Of a DNA stretch of 64,000 nucleotides, positions 37,727 to 51,240 are shown one piece after another. Both the position numbers and the translations under genes were made by a program. A model generated the notes under the pieces. That model did no database searches. It saw only the letters and a program-made list of their open reading frames with translations, and was not told where the DNA came from. How positions within the stretch are numbered: position 1 is the stretch's first letter; every line of letters starts with the position of its first letter. Where the stretch lies: contig NC_087437.1 of NCBI RefSeq assembly GCF_036321535.1, forward strand, positions 26,042,001 through 26,106,000. Reading direction: 5' to 3'. This DNA comes from Camelus dromedarius. Its lineage: Eukaryota.

Positions 37727-40286
37727 TGAGGTAGGAATTAGTGAAAATTTAGACTCCATCACATACATCAGGAGTGATGGTTGCTATGCACCCTCACTTG
37801 TCCTAAAATTTACCAATATTGATGTTATTATGTTACAGATGATAAGAATACACATTACATTAAGGAAGAAAACACATAACACATGGTATTTTTTTGTTCT
37901 GTCTGCACCTTTTTCAGCTAGACTGATCTGACTGCCCATGGGGATATCCTCCAATTGTATCTGTTCAGATATTTGCTGGTCTTTTATAGTAAAAGACTAG
38001 AATAGCTGTTTATTCTAGTAACACAGAAAAGCAATCAACAAGGTGATCAATTCAAGGGCCTTGTGTCAAAAATATACAGTATATATTTAAAGTAAAATTA
38101 AAATTAACAAAGGGGGGTGCTGTGTTATTTACCAAATGTTTTAGGGAGTCATAATATCTTAACGAAACACATATGGCAGCCTCAGTACTACAAAGATATC
38201 TTTCAACAGCAAGTTACAAGTGAATCACCATTCGAGATAATGTATCTTCACGTAAATAATTTACCGCTTTATCTTATAGTCAAGCCATGGATTCATTATT
38301 AAAAGGATTATCTCATAAGAACATGAAACTGGAGATTACAGTTTATTAAGGCAACACTGTAAAATGGCAATAACCCATTTACAGATGATCCTAAAAATGA
38401 AATGTGAAATAGTTTTTAAAAATCCTCTTCTGGATGTTGTTTCATCTCTGTTCTCCTCAGTATCATTAAACTTTTATGTTAGGACAAATATATCACATTT
38501 AGGATTGATGGCTGAAGTCAAAATGAAATGTATTAGTTTCTGCACGCTATTTAAGTTATAAAAAATATTTATTTTTTCTGCCATTTTTATAAATATCTCT
38601 ATGAATATATATGTATGAATTTTATTCCATATTTCCATGAAAACTGGTCTTCATATTATATTGTTACACTATACAATAAAAACTAAAATATGAATATTGT
38701 GTTGGCTCTTTTTCTCCCATTTGGTGTCCAAACATACAACTTCTGTAGCAATAGTGACTTGCTACCACAAAGACCGGCTCCCTGTGTAATAGGTTCCTCT
38801 TCTGTAAGAACCAAGAAAAGTCTTTCTGTACCACCCAGGAAGATGATTCATTACGGAAGTCGACAAGCTGTCAGACAGTGTCCTTTACCCTGTTCAGGGT
38901 CTTACTGGGGCAAATTTGGTCCAGGGTAACTGACCAGGTTTTATTTCTTTTAAGAACATCTAAGGAGTCAGAAAGAAATCATAGCTTCTGTATATTTATC
39001 AAAAGCTGATTTGATTCTGTTTTGGTTTTGATTGCTTTGGTCCAGCTTATCACATAAAAAGTGCCCAGAAAAACAAGTCAGTTTGCCATGATCTAAATAT
39101 TTCAACCACGTGTGCATAGTATTCACAGCTGTATTTGCTTGATTCCTGAGGGTGATGTGTTGTTCATTGCCAAAAAAGTAAAGCAAAACCTCAAAAGGAA
39201 TGTGGTAGATATACTCCTTATTAATAATACCTCCATTTATGTAGACCTTTATGGTTTTCAGAGTCCTTCCAAATTCAAAACCAAAACACTGAGAAAAGTG
39301 CTAGATGATTGTTACATTTATTAATCAGATCTGTACTATTTCATTTGATGCTCAAAACAGTGTCATGCATGGGCTGGGCAAGTGTTGTTGTCACCATTTT
39401 TCAACTTAGAAAACTAAGACTCAGAAAGCTCAAATGACTCACCAGCATCACAGAAAAAATGGCAAGTCTAGAAGCAAACCTATGTCTCCCGGATCCTGGC
39501 ACTTTTTCCCTCCTGACATGCTGTACAGTTTCTAAGGTAATTATGAACGATGATTGACCTTAAATCACTTGTCTATCTTTGGAAAGCATTTTTTCTCCCT
39601 GGATCCCCAGCTGCCTGGCACCAGGGCTCTACCTAGGCTCTCAGAATCATGATTAACAGGAGAGGAACAGGTGGCAGCTTGGCCATCTGCCATGCAGAAA
39701 GACTAGGTGGTTTCCTCCCAGTAAAGGGTTTCCAGGCTTAGCTTGTCAGGCATTCTAAAACAGAGAGAAAAACAAACCCACCTCTGAAGCAAACAGAAAA
39801 ATAAACGTTTAAGTCAGTATCTTGCGTTCCAAGTGAAAGCGTCATTCTAAAGATAATTCATTGTTATTTCTAGAAAGAGAGGATGAAATTTCAGCTCTGT
39901 GTACCAAAACTATGGCTTCATCCATTAGGGTCAGTGATGCAGAAGCAAGTGAAGACTATCGAAGGTCTGTAGTTCCTATATGACTAGGTAATGCTTAAAT
40001 AAATACTTGGTTCCCAGCGTACAACTCAGTGTTTAGCTCAGTCCAAACAGACTGCTGCCAGCATTTTTGAGTCAACACTGATATCTAAAATAAACACAGG
40101 CTGACTAACACACACTGGTACTTTGAAAATAGATTGTGAAATAGTTCCTTGCCAAGAGACGTTCTTGGGCTCTTTCTCTGGGTAACTGTTGATTATTCAA
40201 AAGAATGTTAAGCCCTTAAATGTTTTTAAAAATTCATTCATTCAAAATTGTTTTGGTTTTTTTTTCTAGCACTTACTCTCGAGAAC

Positions 40287-40646
40287 TGTGAAGGGTGTGA
40301 GATTTTGCCTTACTTTCAAGTTAACACGTTAGCTTTCCACAGTTTCATAGACGCTGGCAGACGTCGTGAGACTCTTGGGTCAGACACAAAGGGCTTTATT
40401 ACCTACAGCCATAGCAGTAGCCAGCGTCAGCGTTTGAGTGAACTCTGAGCTTAGGGAAGCCAGGTCTTTTATACTGAACAGTAGACACGCCTGCTTATTG
40501 CTGTTGAGGGAGACATTGCCTCACTCTTCTAAGACAGTTTGTTATACAACATCCTGGAAAAATACTCCTGAACAAAGGCAGTCAATGCCTCTACTCGAAA
40601 GATGTGGAGAAATGTGAGAAATCTATGGAGAATTGTCCCCTTGACA
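40287..40646. mobile_element. ERV solo LTR (subfamily uncertain)
   Basis: TG...CA termini (TGTGAAGGG...TTGACA) and an internal CTTTATT, a poly(A) signal on the minus strand. Confidence 0.65.
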
Positions 40647-43600
40647 CCTCTTCTCCACCAGACACCATGATAGATGCTAAAGACATGAAGATTGAAAGAA
40701 AGAACATGCTGTCTGGTTCTCGATGAATCTGATACTGCTAACAGATTCAACCATGACACTGAACTCTTAAATTCTGTCCATAGAAAATGTAGGAAATACA
40801 GCTTGTTCGGTAGCCCTCTCTAATTTGATTCCTATAGTCAAGAAAACTGGTGGGGGAGCCACGTGGCAGAAATCCTATCTTCAATTCCCAGCTTGCTTGC
40901 TAGTAAAGTGTTAAAGCGATAAGTGCCAGCAAAATGGAACTAACACACTGCAACTGCATTAAAGTGCAGTATTTTAGCATTTCCAAAGCTTCCAGTCTGT
41001 GGCACAATGATCCAAGCGACTTACAGTTAATGACTTACAGGTCACTGGCAGGGAAAACAGATAACAGTGTTTAAAGAAAGAAGTGGGAACTGATAGAAAA
41101 ATATTATGAGGGAAATCTCTCTTAATTATACTGGTAGGACTTTGCTACAAAAGAAATAAGAGTCAAGCCACACCAAAATTCAGACCAAAATAGTTGGCTT
41201 GAGCAAATGAATCAGTGCCAGATGACCTTTAAAATCTAATGTAGAGGTAAGTTTTTCAGTGCGGACTTGACTAATATCATCAGAATGTATTAGAAAGAGA
41301 AGTTTTAATATTCTGCTGAGAATGTACAGTCTGAGGCTCTGAAAAAAAAGACATTTTATCCAAATCATTTCAGCTTCAGTCGATTCTTTACAATAACACT
41401 TCTCATTAAGATGATCCAGCTTCCCTTATTCTGACCTGTTTTCCCTCAGCACCTTTCCAGACTAATTTCACCTTCCCTGGCAGACTTTGTCACAAGTGAG
41501 AGAAAATACTGACTGACCTGAACATAAATATTCTAGACCCCTTAATATCTCTATTTTTTTTCCACTTCAAATTACTTAATTGGCAACCTGGTTTTCAATC
41601 AAGCTTTTGTAAGTTTGGTTAGGGCAAGCCAGTTCCATCAGACTCTGATTTCCCCTGACCACCAAGAAAATAACTAACAGAGCTTTTGGAAATTTGAACG
41701 CACTGTCAGGGATCACTTACGTTTGTCAGTGGGCTCGTCCTGGTATCCCACTGCTGAATATACGTATTCTGGGAGACTCTGAGTGATCGATCAGCTGGCT
41801 TTCCCCCTGGGCATTTTTTCCATGTAATAATGGTTCGACCTATCCTTTTCCTTTGGCTTTTCTGTAAAAGTTAAAAATTTAAGAATTTGTTGAAGTTCTA
41901 TCCGTGGTCTGTAGCATATAATACCATGTCCTGAGTACTGCCTATCAGCTAATCCTTTTTTCTCAGGCTACCCACAACAATGACCATCTCCAAATCGTTT
42001 TATATAGTTATGTCTGTAATTCTTTGATCTCAGAAGTACTTTTTCTAAGATTAAGTATATAGGAGTGTATATACATATATGTATGTATGTGTTTGTATGG
42101 TTATGATTTTTTGAGACACACTAAAATAATACTGGATAACAAAGGCCTAAATGTATAGAAACACATGTATGTTCAGATTATTAAAATCCATGTAATTATG
42201 ATGGTGGGACTATTCCCAAATTAGTTTATCATTCCAAATTATTTGAATCATTTAACACTTAAGAAATTGTACAGAATTTCCCAGGGTCTCAGGCACTTTT
42301 TTTTTTTTTACAGTTATTTCCTCTAATGCATTTTGTACTATTTTTAATATCTATTGACTGTGTCTGAAAAAGTTACTCTGTTATGTGTAATGTGGGTGTG
42401 AGGTGGGCTTCAGAGAGGAGGGTATGAGAGGCCCTGGTGAGAGACATCCCCATGAGAATCTGCCCAGAAAACCCTTACACTCACCTGTGGCAAAATTTTC
42501 AGAGCAGAAGTTCCTTGGATCTGTAAGGAGGAAGAAGGGAAAATATACTGGAGCCAAATCTGCTTCTCCATGCATCGTTCTTGGGTCCCCAATAGTCAGC
42601 AGATGCGTGTTGTTTCCCAGTTGTCAAACCCCATGTGACAGGAGAAGACAGATGGCAGGGCACCCAGAGGAACTGAAAATCCATAACCAGTCCATTTAAG
42701 CAGGGAGAGTTGTGGGCCCTTTACTGGGAGGAAGATAAGATGTGTACTTGGAGGGAGGGGTCTGTATCTACCCCTGAATGGAGTTTCCCAAAGTTGCACA
42801 TTTTTAAAAACAAATTTTTTAATACAAAAGTTGCACATCTTGAAAGGTTGCCCATCTTTCAGGAATTGCTTTGATATGACATTGGCAAAGGTCATGATGA
42901 AAAGATAAAACAGGAGGGGATGTGAAAGCAGGAGCCCGAGACCGTGGAAAGGGTGACATCTCTGTGTGCTTCACGTGTTTGCTCCTGCAGCACCTGCCAT
43001 CGGGCCCTTCCAGCCCGGCCCTGCCCCCGGGTTTGTACCCTGTCAGGTTAGATGCCGTTATGACCCTGAGCAGTAACTACAGAGAGGGATGAAAAACAAA
43101 ATAAAACACAAAAATACCCGAAGTATTTACCTAAGTCAGAATCTTCACTGCCATTCCCTATCTTGACTCAGTTACTTGGTTTCCTTGCCTGTAAAATGGA
43201 ATTTTAACACCAACCTCACAGAGGATCATGAAAATTAAATGAGATAGTTTGTGTCTTGGTTTGGGTTCCCAGATGACACCTGAAACAGGGATTTGAATGT
43301 ACGTCGTTGATTTGGAAGGTGAAGGGAATATTCAAAGGAGAGGGGAGCTAAGCCAGAAAAGGAAGCAGTCGGTAGAAGCTGCACTAGCAAGCCAGCCGCC
43401 ACTGTGCATTCTCAGGGCTCGCACCGTCTCTAGGAATCCTGTGAAAAAAAGAAAAAAATAGTCAGTCAAAGGGGCTGCGTGACACAGGGTGAATCCTACA
43501 GAGATTCACAGCAAAGGAATTCTCTTTTATAAATTGCTAGTCGAGTGGGAGGCTCGAGGTTTTGTCCCTTTGTTTTATTTAGTTATAAGCTATCCAAAGA

Positions 43601-43974
43601 AGTAGGGCAAATCACATAAGCTAATATGTCAATTTGGATTGAGTGATAGCACACCCTAGAGCTGTGTCAAGAAGGATTCTGAGGGTCCATGAATGCTCAG
43701 GAACAAAATAAAACATAGTGGATTATTGACATGAAGGGATGGAGCGGTACTCATGCTTTGTGTCTGCCCCCCACCCCCCACCTAGCTGTCATCCACACAC
43801 TAGTTATTCATTTACCCAGGCCCAACAGAACCTCATCCTGGTAATACCTTTCCTTACTGTGAAAACTTGAAACCAATAATCTAGATAGCTTCTAAAATAT
43901 TATGGCTAGAATGTTATGATTAGTTTATAGAAAGAAAAAATTCACTGAAACCTCAGGACCACTTTTTTTTTTAA

Positions 43975-44600
43975 CCTACAGATTGACAAATGTTACAAAG
44001 CATGGGTGAGCTTGTGGGGAAAGAGACCCTCATGTATATTTTGGTAGGTGTATAACCTAGGACGTTCCTTAGGGAAAAAAATACCAGAGTTAAAGTATGC
44101 ATGCCCTTTGACTCCATTCTAGGAATTTAACCCACAAATATACTCACATGTGCACATCGATGTGTGTTGAAGTATGCCCATTTACAGAAATGTTAGTAGT
44201 GGCAAATATTGGACTCAATCTAAATACTCATCGCTATGGGAAGGATTATATAAATCAAGCACATTCAGACAATGGAACACTAAGCAACTGTAAAGAGTAA
44301 TGAAGATAGTATATCCCTGTAGTGATATACGTGGAAAAATCTTCCTGGTGTGCTGTTAATAAGGCTGCAAAATGATGTGTTATGCTAAAATTTGTGTGAA
44401 AAAGAGGAGATACATACACCCACAAAGACACATGCATATTTGTTCATGTACATTGTGTATTTAACTACAAAAAGGTATTAACAGAGGTTGCCTCTAGGGA
44501 AGGAAGCTGAAAGGCAGGGAGATATGAGGTGGGTTATATTTTTATTCTCACTCTCAGCTGGTGCTTTTTCAATTTTTTAGACCACATTAATGTACATTTC
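43975..44600 (+). mobile_element. Ancient L1ME-type 3' fragment
   Basis: CCCTTTGAC...ATTCTAGGAATTTA...CAATGGAACACT...AACAGAGGTTGCCTCT. Confidence 0.65.
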
Positions 44601-45184
44601 TAAATGAAGAAAATGAACTGTCTGCTGATATTAATTGTTCCCTATCCTACCTTCTTTCCTTCACTGATCTTAATGAGGAAGGAAGGAAGGGTGAGGGGAG
44701 GCAGGGTAACGCCTACTCCCACCACCCAGGGAAGATCAGGGTTCACACTTTGGTGCATTGATATTACCATCCAGTCTTTTTCCTTTGCATTATATTTCTC
44801 TGCCTTTTTAATTTAAAAAATGATATGTTACACATATGCTTATATCTGCTGCTTTTTTCACTTAACATATCAGTTTTTTTGTGTCATTAAATACTCTTCT
44901 ATGACATGATGTTTAATGCTTTGTTCTACTCCACAGCATGGATAGACTGTAATTTATCCCATTAGTCCTTTCATGTTAGCTCTTTAGCCATGTGGAGTTA
45001 CTGTTGAGAGCTGAAAATGTAAGGACTGTAGGAGTGAGGCTGGTTTTTGTGTGCGACTTGAGGTACTAGTTTCTCTCCCTTGTTCATGGGCAGTTAGCAG
45101 AGTTCTCTCCGCTTTCTTACTACCTGAGGTACCTTCCTTAGCTGAAATCAGACACAGAATATTTAATTATAAAGACACCTTTTC

Positions 45185-45380
45185 ATATGCAGAATAGATA
45201 TACAAGATTATACTGTATAGCACAGGGAAATAATATACAAGATCTTGTGGTGGCTCACAGTGAAAAAAAAATGTGACAATGAATGTATGTATGTTCACAT
45301 ATAGCTGAAAAATTGTGCTCTACACTGGAATTTGACACAACACTGTAAAATGACTATAACTCAATAAAAGAATGTTAAAA
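45185..45380 (+). mobile_element. Short L1 3' end, similar to the young subfamily at 22.3 kb
   Basis: AAAATGTGACAATGA...GAAAAATTGTGCT...CTGGAATTTGACACAAC shared with the 22.3 kb element; TSD AAAG(A/G)CACCTTT at 45171 and 45381. Confidence 0.88.
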
Positions 45381-45903
45381 AAAGGCACCTTTAATTACCA
45401 ACAAGTAACTGAAAAAATGCAATGCATTAAAAATCCTCCACAACTTATTTGCTCATGATTATGATATTAATTGGAACTAAAAGTATTGGCATACTGGAAA
45501 ACCAAACTGGAGGGATTATCTTTTTAAATGTTAAAATATGAGGAGATGTTCATTTTATTTAACAGAAGGTATGATAGAGTAAAATTTTCCAGACACCAGA
45601 ACATTTGCAGAGCAGAAATACAGGGGGAAATGGAGCATGTTTGTCGAAAAATGCAAATAAAGTTATCGGTGGTTTATAGCTTATGAAAACAACAAAACAA
45701 ACTCTTGCACTTAACCAAGCCATTTCAACCATCTGTTCAAAAATCACAATTCCAGACAAAGGCAGATTTATAAAGGTAAAAAGCTGAAAGGAACTTCTTG
45801 GCTGAAATTCCCAGTTCCCTACCATGTCTAAAACCTAAGAGCTTAGAGGGATGTTGGTGTCTACAGCATCATCTCAGCAAGTGGACCTGAGCAGCTCAGA
45901 ACT

Positions 45904-45938
<35 letters not shown>

Positions 45939-46154
45939 CAGATTTAGAGGGTCTAAGAAGCGCTCCCATAATGACAAGAATGATGCCCTTGGGACTATCT
46001 TGCTAAATGGATAGTCGAAATCATTATGAAAATAAAACATTTTTTTGAAACTTGACATTATAATCAACATTTTCATATATGCTAAATTTGACCCAGCTGT
46101 TTATAAATCTTTGTATATGTATATTGCACCTTAAACACAGTATCAACATATGTT

Positions 46155-46670
46155 ATTCATTTATTCAACAAACATTTATTCAGTTCTTGGCAGCAACCAC
46201 CCTTTTCAGCTCTGAGGATATGAAGATGAAAAGGGCATGGGTCTTACTTTCTCAAGGTACTGACTGTCAGTAAAATAAATAAGCCTACAAATAAATTAAT
46301 TGCAACAAAAAACAGTAAGTTCTACGAAGGAAACAAACATGGGTGGGGATTGAGAAAAACCAAGAGAGACCTCCTCTAGGTGAACTTCCAGGGAGGAACT
46401 CTCTAAGGAAGTGAAGCTTAAGCTGAGATCATCCCCAGGAAGAGATGGAGCCAAGCTTGGGAGTGTGGGAGGAAGGGCACACCAAGCAGAGGGAGCAGCT
46501 TCCAAGGACTCTGAGGCCAGATGAGACTTGGCATATCTGAACAAAGACAAGCATGGCAGGGCGAGGTGATGTAGGAGGAGTGAACAAGATGAGCCTGAAG
46601 GGATGGGGGGAGGGGCCCTATATACAAGGCCTTGTGGACCAGATAGGAACCAGGAATGTTTTTCACAGTG
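46155..46670 (-). mobile_element. L2 fragment
   Basis: ATTCATTTATTCAACAAACATTTATT terminus and a degenerate GA-rich L2 body. Confidence 0.65.
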
Positions 46671-46749
46671 AGAGGTTTATCACATTGTTTGTGATAAAGC
46701 TTTATTAAAGGTCCTATTCCAGAAGTTAAATAAACTCTAAAGTAAGTGA

Positions 46750-46970
46750 TTTTTTTTTTGACGTACAGTTGATTTAGAATATTGTGTCAATTTCTGGTGT
46801 ACAGCATAGTGATTCAGGTATTCAAATATTTATATAGATATCTTCCTTTTCATATTCTTTTTCATTGTAGGCTATTACAAGGTACTGAATATAGTTCTCT
46901 GCACTATACAGTAGGCCTTTGTTGTTCATCTACTTTATACATAGTAGTTAGTATCTGCAAATCTCAAACT
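46750..46970 (-). mobile_element. L1 3' end, antisense
   Basis: Poly(T) then TACAGTTGATTTA...TCTGGTGTACAGCATAGTGATTCAG...GTATCTGCAAATCTCAAACT. Confidence 0.88.
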
Positions 46971-47068
46971 CATTTTACTTTAAGAGTAAAGACATGAGAG
47001 ACTTTATTTAATGACAACTCAGGAAGCACCCAGGGTCATGTAGCCAAATCCAACGAGAAAAAATTGGT

Positions 47069-50031
47069 CAGGGCCAGAATATATCTCAGTTTGCTCAGAG
47101 GAGTCCCAGTTGACACCTATATTCTCAACATCTTTCAGTGCAGCACTGTCCCAGAAGCTTCATTTTTTTCATGAAGTGCTTTTATTCATAGTTGTGTCAA
47201 AACAAGCCAGGATACGCTGGGTACAGCCACTTTACGCTTTCGGCTTCTGCCAAGGTCTCATTGAATAGCGTGTGAGATGCCTGTGTGATGTGGTTTTCAT
47301 TTTAACACATGGAAATCCGAAAGGAGCCAGCAATACCCCACTTTTCTTCTCCCCGCTCTCTCCAGAAGCCACGTAGCTAATGCTTCCTTGCCTTCCCCAA
47401 GGGCCCTCGCTGATAAGCGAGGTGCACTCAGTCATGGGCTGCTAGGAGCAAACAACTACTTCTGGTCTCAGGTCATGGTGAGAGAAATATTCCACGGGGC
47501 TGAACCTGCCGGCCACTTGGTGTAGCAGTTTGTGACACGCTCTGAAATGCACAGTCACCAAGCACCAGTTCAATGGAAAACATATAGAGTCATGGGTTAG
47601 GTATACATAATATGTACAGGAAATAGAACACGAAAGTTCCTGCCGTGGACCTCACTGTGTAGACTGAATGCTGTGGTGGCTTTGCTGAGTGTTGAATGAG
47701 GTAAGCCCATGAATATTTATTTCATTGTTTGACAATGCTTTTTATTTTTTCAATAAACCCTTTCAAGAGCATTGACCTCAGGAAATGAAAGTATGAGTTT
47801 AATGAATCCTTAAGGACAGAATTTCCATTTTTCAAAAAGTTAATCGTGAAAGCGAAACTTGAACAAAATGCGTACATTTACTATCCACCATGGGACCAAC
47901 AGTAAAGTGGCTAGCCACTTGAAAATGAGGAGATGGAAAAGTCATCAGAATCTACTTCAAAAGTTAATAGTTCGTTTAAGAAGGCTGGGATTGAATACAA
48001 GAGTTGAGCCGGTGCAACTTCAGAAGGTATATTTGCACAACCGCTTTTGAAGCCTGTCTTTTGATGTAGCTCAAATGACCTTTTTCTATTTTAACTTTGT
48101 TCTTTTTTAATTCCATGCTTCCTCATGTACATACACTTACAAAGTGATAGCTGATAATATTTTGACTCCATTAACATAGGATCTTGCCAAACTATTAAAT
48201 GAAGCCAATTTTATATCTATGTCATTTGAAGTCATGAAAATCCAGTCAACTCTAACAATAGTTGAAGGTGTCCAGCAAATTTTTCAGGCAATCAAAGTAA
48301 AACTTTGGAATTTTATTCTGTTGAAAGCAAAGCATCTGACATTGTTATGAATGTTATCAATAATTTAGTTGCAAAGTTCAACACTAAGGATTCAATTATT
48401 TGTTTTTGCAGTGATAATATGTTTACAAACTTTGGTGGTGGACAGAATTGTGGAAAAAAAGGGGGTGGGTATAGCTCAGTGTTAGGGTATATGCTTTGCA
48501 TGCACGAGGTCCTGGGTGCAATCCCCAGGACCTCCATTAAGGGAAAAAAGAAAAAAAGACTGTGGGGAAAGTAATACTCTTACTAAATTAAAGCTATGGA
48601 GAAGAAATGTACTGGAACTGATGGCCATCACATGATTCATAATTGTGTTCAAACAAGCTGTGATGCTCTACCGATTGTCATAGACGCTGTGTTGTCAAAA
48701 TTTAGAAATATATTTACAAATATACCGATAAAATAACTGAACTACATAATTTTCATGGTGACACTGACTGTTGAAGTAAGAAAATAGTTGGGTATGGCAG
48801 GATATAAATTCACTTTTTGCTGTCCAGCATTAATTAGAATTTAGAAACATTTGAGTCTTTCAAGAACAAATTTCTAGCTCCTATAATGACATTGAACATT
48901 TTTGTAAATATGTCCTTTAAATTTTTATTGCATCTTGGAAAATGTTGGAAATCTTTAAAGTATTCAATGAGTAGAGTTCCCCAAAATGTCAGCTTTTACT
49001 TTTTAGCAGATTTCAAGTATTGAAAATAAAGCTTGCAACCAGTTAGATATTGGAATTAAGCCATATAAAAGAAAAGGAGGAACTGAACAAAATAAACAAG
49101 GACAGTTTAAATGGTTTACAAGATTTAATTTTAAAATTCTATAATTTTGTAACAAGAAGTTGTGCTTTCAACTATTTTGACTTACTTGAAGAAATGTTTG
49201 GTAAATGTTTTAACTGCCTAAATTTGTATTCTATGCCATAATAGAATGAATTTGAAAAGCCTATGTTTTTACAGCATGTATATTTGTTGAAACACTCAAA
49301 AGAATCATAATATAGAGAATTTTTTATGATTTTTTCCTTTTGAAAAGTATTTGTCAAGCAAAGATGCAAAATTGATAGTCAAAGAGGTAAAAAAAAAAAG
49401 AGAGTATCTATGAAAATATGTGGATTTATTTATACATTTTAATGCAAAAAAACAAAATTAGAATTGAAACTTTTTTTCACTTTGCTCTGAGCTTATCAGG
49501 TACTATGCAGACATTAAAAATTTTAATTGTTTAACTTAGAATATAACTGTACAGAAAAAAAATGCTAACAATTCAAATTAATTAACTATAAAATGCAAGT
49601 GTGAAGGCTTCAGGTAATTTTATGAAAATTTGAAAATAAAAGGACCCTACTGACAAAGAATATAGCCTTCAGAAAAAAAGTCTATAATGTATTATTAGAG
49701 ATAGATTATATCTAGGAAACCTTTAAAATACGTTACTAAAAAAAAAGTATGTATGTACTGAGAATAATTTTTCTTCTCATGTTATTTTCTATGTTCAAAT
49801 AATCACTACAAAGTTTTTAAATTTTACTTTAATACATTTTTATTTAATACATTATTTTTATTTTTGAAAGCAATTTTATTTTTTAAAATAGTTTTTGAAT
49901 AGAACCACCTTATAAATTCAAGAAGGTATCATTCAAAAATATTTTTAAGCTACATAGTTTTAATTATTTTAAATAATCTCTTTTATTTTAGTAAGTGTCC
50001 CAGTCTGTATGATAAATTGTATACTACTCTA
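47069..50031 (+). mobile_element. Near full-length decayed hAT-Blackjack-like DNA transposon with transposase pseudogene
   Basis: MER94/Blackjack-like ends (CAGGG...AGTCCCAGTT...ACACCT; AAGTGTCCCAGT...GATAAATTGTAT...CTCTA). Internal fragments translate as FTIHHG...SHLK, SDIVMN...IICFCSDNMFTNFGG and HMIHNCVQT. Confidence 0.8.
48461..48557 (+). mobile_element. Vic-1-like SINE (short form) inserted in the hAT transposase relic
   Basis: GGGTATAGCTCAGTG...GAGGTCCTGGGTGCAATCCCCAGGACCTCC plus A tail. Confidence 0.88.
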
Positions 50032-51240
50032 GTTAAAGCAGTGCCTCCTTGCAGGAATAAATCTAAGCACAGGGACTGAAATTTCTGGACGCCCAAGCCA
50101 TCTGGCAGCCCCACCATGGACGTCAGGCTTCAGGAGCACAAATGTTCAGCTCCCACCTGCTCTCAGGGCTTCTGTATTTAAAACACCCCACTCCGAAAGC
50201 TTCCCTTGGTATATGGCTCTATCACAAGAGGAGCCTGAGAAATTCTGACTGAACTTTTTCTCTCAAGGCTGGGCTGCCAATCTACAGTAGATGTGGTCAC
50301 ATGCCCCTGGGTCCCTCGTTAATTAAAGAGCCGGTGGTGGACAGGTCTGCCCTTCCTGGGTCAGGTCTTCTGTGGAAAGTAAGGCAAGTGGGGGAAATCT
50401 CACCAATGACAAACAGGCAAGAATCCCACAAAAACCCTGCTTTGAGGACACTGGCAAGAAAGTGTTTTGAAAGAAAGGCTAAAAAAAAAAGTAATCGTGG
50501 GATTATTGCTAATCCTCACTAAGAGTTTCTGAGTGGAGTTTGAAAGCAATTAAGGAAAGTAAGGGAAACAGAATTTCCTCAGAAACTGTTTGATTTACTC
50601 AAAGGTCTTGCTCAACCAATCACATAGGACGCCAGTGTTTTCTCAGCTACAGAAAGTCAGCAAGTCGTCTTCACAGAGTGGAATGGTATGTCCTGCTCCA
50701 CCCTGAACAGCAGAGTTCAAGTTCTTAGCACTTTCCATTTCTCACAGTTTCTGCCTCTCAGAAAGTAGAAACTCTCAGATGGATGGGTTATGATTCCTGT
50801 CAAGGAAAAAAATTTTAGTTAAAGCTAAATGCTCAAGAAAGTTAGATAAATCACATATACATTCTCTTTGAAAAGGAAAAAAAAATCAAGTACATCCTTC
50901 ATCATGTCACTTCTACCAAATTATTCCGATTCCTTTTGGATGCAACCTCTGAAATACTCTTTCCCCAAGCTTTCCATGATATGGCCCAACCAACTTCTTC
51001 ATCTTTGTGTTCTCCTAACTCTTATTCATGAACTTGCACTCTTGTCATCTGGTCTCCTCGCTGTCACACACTCATGGCCTGTCTCTTTTTCCCCATCTGG
51101 AAGCCCTATTCCTGATGACTTTCATTCTGTCTAAACACTACCCTTTCTTCAAGGATCAACTCCAATTTCTCTTCCACCATAAAGTCTTCTCAGCTTACTC
51201 AGTTCACAGAAACTTGGGCCCATTTTGTTTTTATTACTTC

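Noticed and set aside
45908..45938. 31-nt poly(T) run as a possible orphan retro-insertion
   Set aside because: No convincing TSD or attached element; treated as a simple homopolymer.
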